NCBI GenBank assembly: GCA_028282805.1
Contig: JANQHD010000012.1
Location: forward strand, 1-25,084
Source: Phycisphaeraceae bacterium
GTDB taxonomy: Bacteria; Planctomycetota; Phycisphaerae; Phycisphaerales; Zrk34
Direction of reading: 5' to 3'
DNA length: 25,084 nucleotides
Shown here: positions 24,701 through 25,084 of the stretch, piece after piece
Layout of the letters: each line of letters begins with the position of its first letter
How positions within the stretch are numbered: the stretch's first letter is position 1
The notes under the pieces: model-generated
Told to the model about the DNA's origin: nothing
Seen by the model: only the letters and a program-made list of their open reading frames with translations
Databases searched by the model: none
Program-made: the position numbers and the translations under genes

Positions 24701-25084
24701 GGCGACGAGTTTGTCATCGTGACCGGGGCGAGCGTCAACGGCGCGTTCGACCAGGGCGCGGGCATCGACGGGGCCGACATGATCGTCGACGCCGGCAGCT
24801 CGTTGTCGCTGGGCATCTTCTACGAGGCCGACCGGGTCATATTGATCGCGACCTTGACGGGCGACGCCAACGGCGACGGCACGGTCTCGCTGGTCGACCT
24901 CAACGCGCTGGGCTCGAACTTCGGCACGGGCTCGACGTGGCAGGAAGGCGACTTCAACTACGACGGCGTGGTGTCGCTGGGCGACCTGAACTTCATCGGC
25001 ACCAACTTCGGCAGCAGCATCACGGCCCCCGCCCCCGCCCCCGGAAGCGCCCCGGCCGTGCCCGAACCGGCGAGCCTGATGTTG
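21767..25084 (+). CDS. Large secreted multidomain protein: N-terminal arylsulfatase domain, then autotransporter-associated-like beta-strand repeats, a dockerin-like module and a PEP-CTERM tail (3' end runs off the window)
   Basis: ATG at 21767 with signal peptide MNKHLSVVVSALALVVALAAALDVSAQG. Sulfatase active-site motif CSPSRAAITTGGY and GKWHVG are present. Later come GTLALAGAATLSNTTG-type repeats, the dockerin-like DANGDGTVSLVDLNALGSNFG...DFNYDGVVSLGDLNFIGTNFG, and finally PAVPEPASLML at the window edge. Confidence 0.8.
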   Translation, partial: MNKHLSVVVSALALVVALAAALDVSAQGSPNVIVIISDDAGYADFGFMDGLSGETSQVPTPNLDALAARGVTMSNAYTAMVCSPSRAAITTGGYQQRVGYEYNINNLTSATGPFEGLPVETTTIWERMKSVGYTTGAVGKWHVGSIADTSPTEFGNRPQRQGVDEFYGLWRGSRNYNVGGQTNETRVIRETLVDALGNVADTVIESAHSGEYITETFGQFAVNYIADHHNDTNPFFLYQAFTAPHGPLNNSPDINDPRLAGLSGNRKKYASMMLTMDDEIGRILDTLEDPNNDGNNADSITDDTLIIFINDNGGASSNASDNGHLRDFKGTPYEGGIRVPMIIAGAGVDPSVEGTVYDKPVHSVDILPTAFAAGGGSFGPADTGIDGVDLLPYINGTNTADPHDVIVVRSADEVGVRKGDWKLVKNGSGASFQLFNLATDIGESTNVAGANPTVLAELQHNLTEVESEYDKPRFAQLNSGQATVNIFDHFTFRPEAGGAQPGANVLTNSGFENGATIDGSPFHTFEELTDWSNNGDNTSPAKDEVAARNDNAFAGSYRGLISGLRTPYQVTGHVIALGEEFSINLATSGQFSQWDVGVDSINMELFYLDAGNNAVVLDTINVVPTGSWATSSHTFAAITDAGAVGRLLGIRFDSLGGNSEFAGLDEITLGLATASPVLQMNWSAGGAWVEGSTSNVETMFHTDAFAGAVLEFPVADTVSYVATNDMTRSTGLEFMLNKMVFSGAFGGGSDQSGTIEGNAVLFTDSLDGVGPQLVISATNGGGGGPFAPSSTGPQFTYDIDLDLVMFDDLTIAGNGGVEVTINGQVRDYADPRNLTKTGLSKVTLAGDNTYAGHTTIAGGTLALAGAATLSNTTGIEVQAGATFDVSATNTGGFTLGSGQTLGGGGSVVGDIDADAGATVSPGSSIGTLNVAGDYTQDASAVLVIEADGVTDTSDQLAVTGNVTLAGALSVDQLTTADAGDEFVIVTGASVNGAFDQGAGIDGADMIVDAGSSLSLGIFYEADRVILIATLTGDANGDGTVSLVDLNALGSNFGTGSTWQEGDFNYDGVVSLGDLNFIGTNFGSSITAPAPAPGSAPAVPEPASLML
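24965..25014 (+). repeat. 50-nt perfect direct repeat of window positions 1-50 (the dockerin-like/PEP-CTERM C-terminal coding module)
   Basis: cggcgtggtgtcgctgggcgacctgaacttcatcggcaccaacttcggca is identical at 1-50 and 24965-25014. Flanking sequence diverges but stays homologous (PEP-CTERM tails). Confidence 0.85.

Overview
This is a high-GC bacterial segment. The gene content (PEP-CTERM tails, sulfatase, ECF sigma with a FecR-like anti-sigma, secreted GH2 enzymes) suggests a Planctomycetota/Verrucomicrobiota-like genome. It has three parts.

1. Bases 1-10.1 kb are a carbohydrate-utilisation locus. It holds the 3' end of a PEP-CTERM protein, a LacZ-like GH2 beta-galactosidase on the minus strand, a divergent second GH2 enzyme with a C-terminal CBM, a secreted DDGW-motif hydrolase that is alpha-galactosidase-like, and a KDPG/KDPGal aldolase.

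2. Bases 10.1-17.7 kb are an accessory region dominated by about 30 tRNA genes, all on the minus strand. A 4-tRNA cluster (Gln-CUG, Tyr, Cys, Gly-GCC) sits next to a 67-aa MerR/excisionase-like HTH gene. A 26-tRNA array follows, plus one degenerate tRNA and one tRNA 3'-half fragment, packed as close as 2-8 nt apart. Embedded in the array are an RtcB RNA ligase gene, an HNH endonuclease gene, a small lower-GC hypothetical ORF on the opposite strand, and a family of palindromic spacer repeats. Several array tRNAs are non-canonical: non-U33 anticodon loops, a class-I tRNA carrying the Leu anticodon CAG, Pro with A34, and an initiator with a C1.C72 mismatch. No Leu or Ser tRNAs are present. An SPFH/band-7 gene separates the two tRNA clusters. 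This tRNA-array + RtcB + HNH module looks like a horizontally acquired, phage-like tRNA supplementation or repair island, and is the most interesting part of the window.

3. Bases 18-25 kb hold an ECF sigma / FecR-like anti-sigma pair on the minus strand, with an ECF-type autoregulatory promoter and a terminator. A PEP-CTERM secreted protein follows, then a large sulfatase fused to beta-strand repeats, a dockerin-like module and a PEP-CTERM tail. The sulfatase runs off the window, and its 3' end repeats the first 50 nt of the window exactly.

Many long ORFs in the six-frame track are antisense or tRNA-overlap artefacts typical of high-GC DNA and are rejected below.
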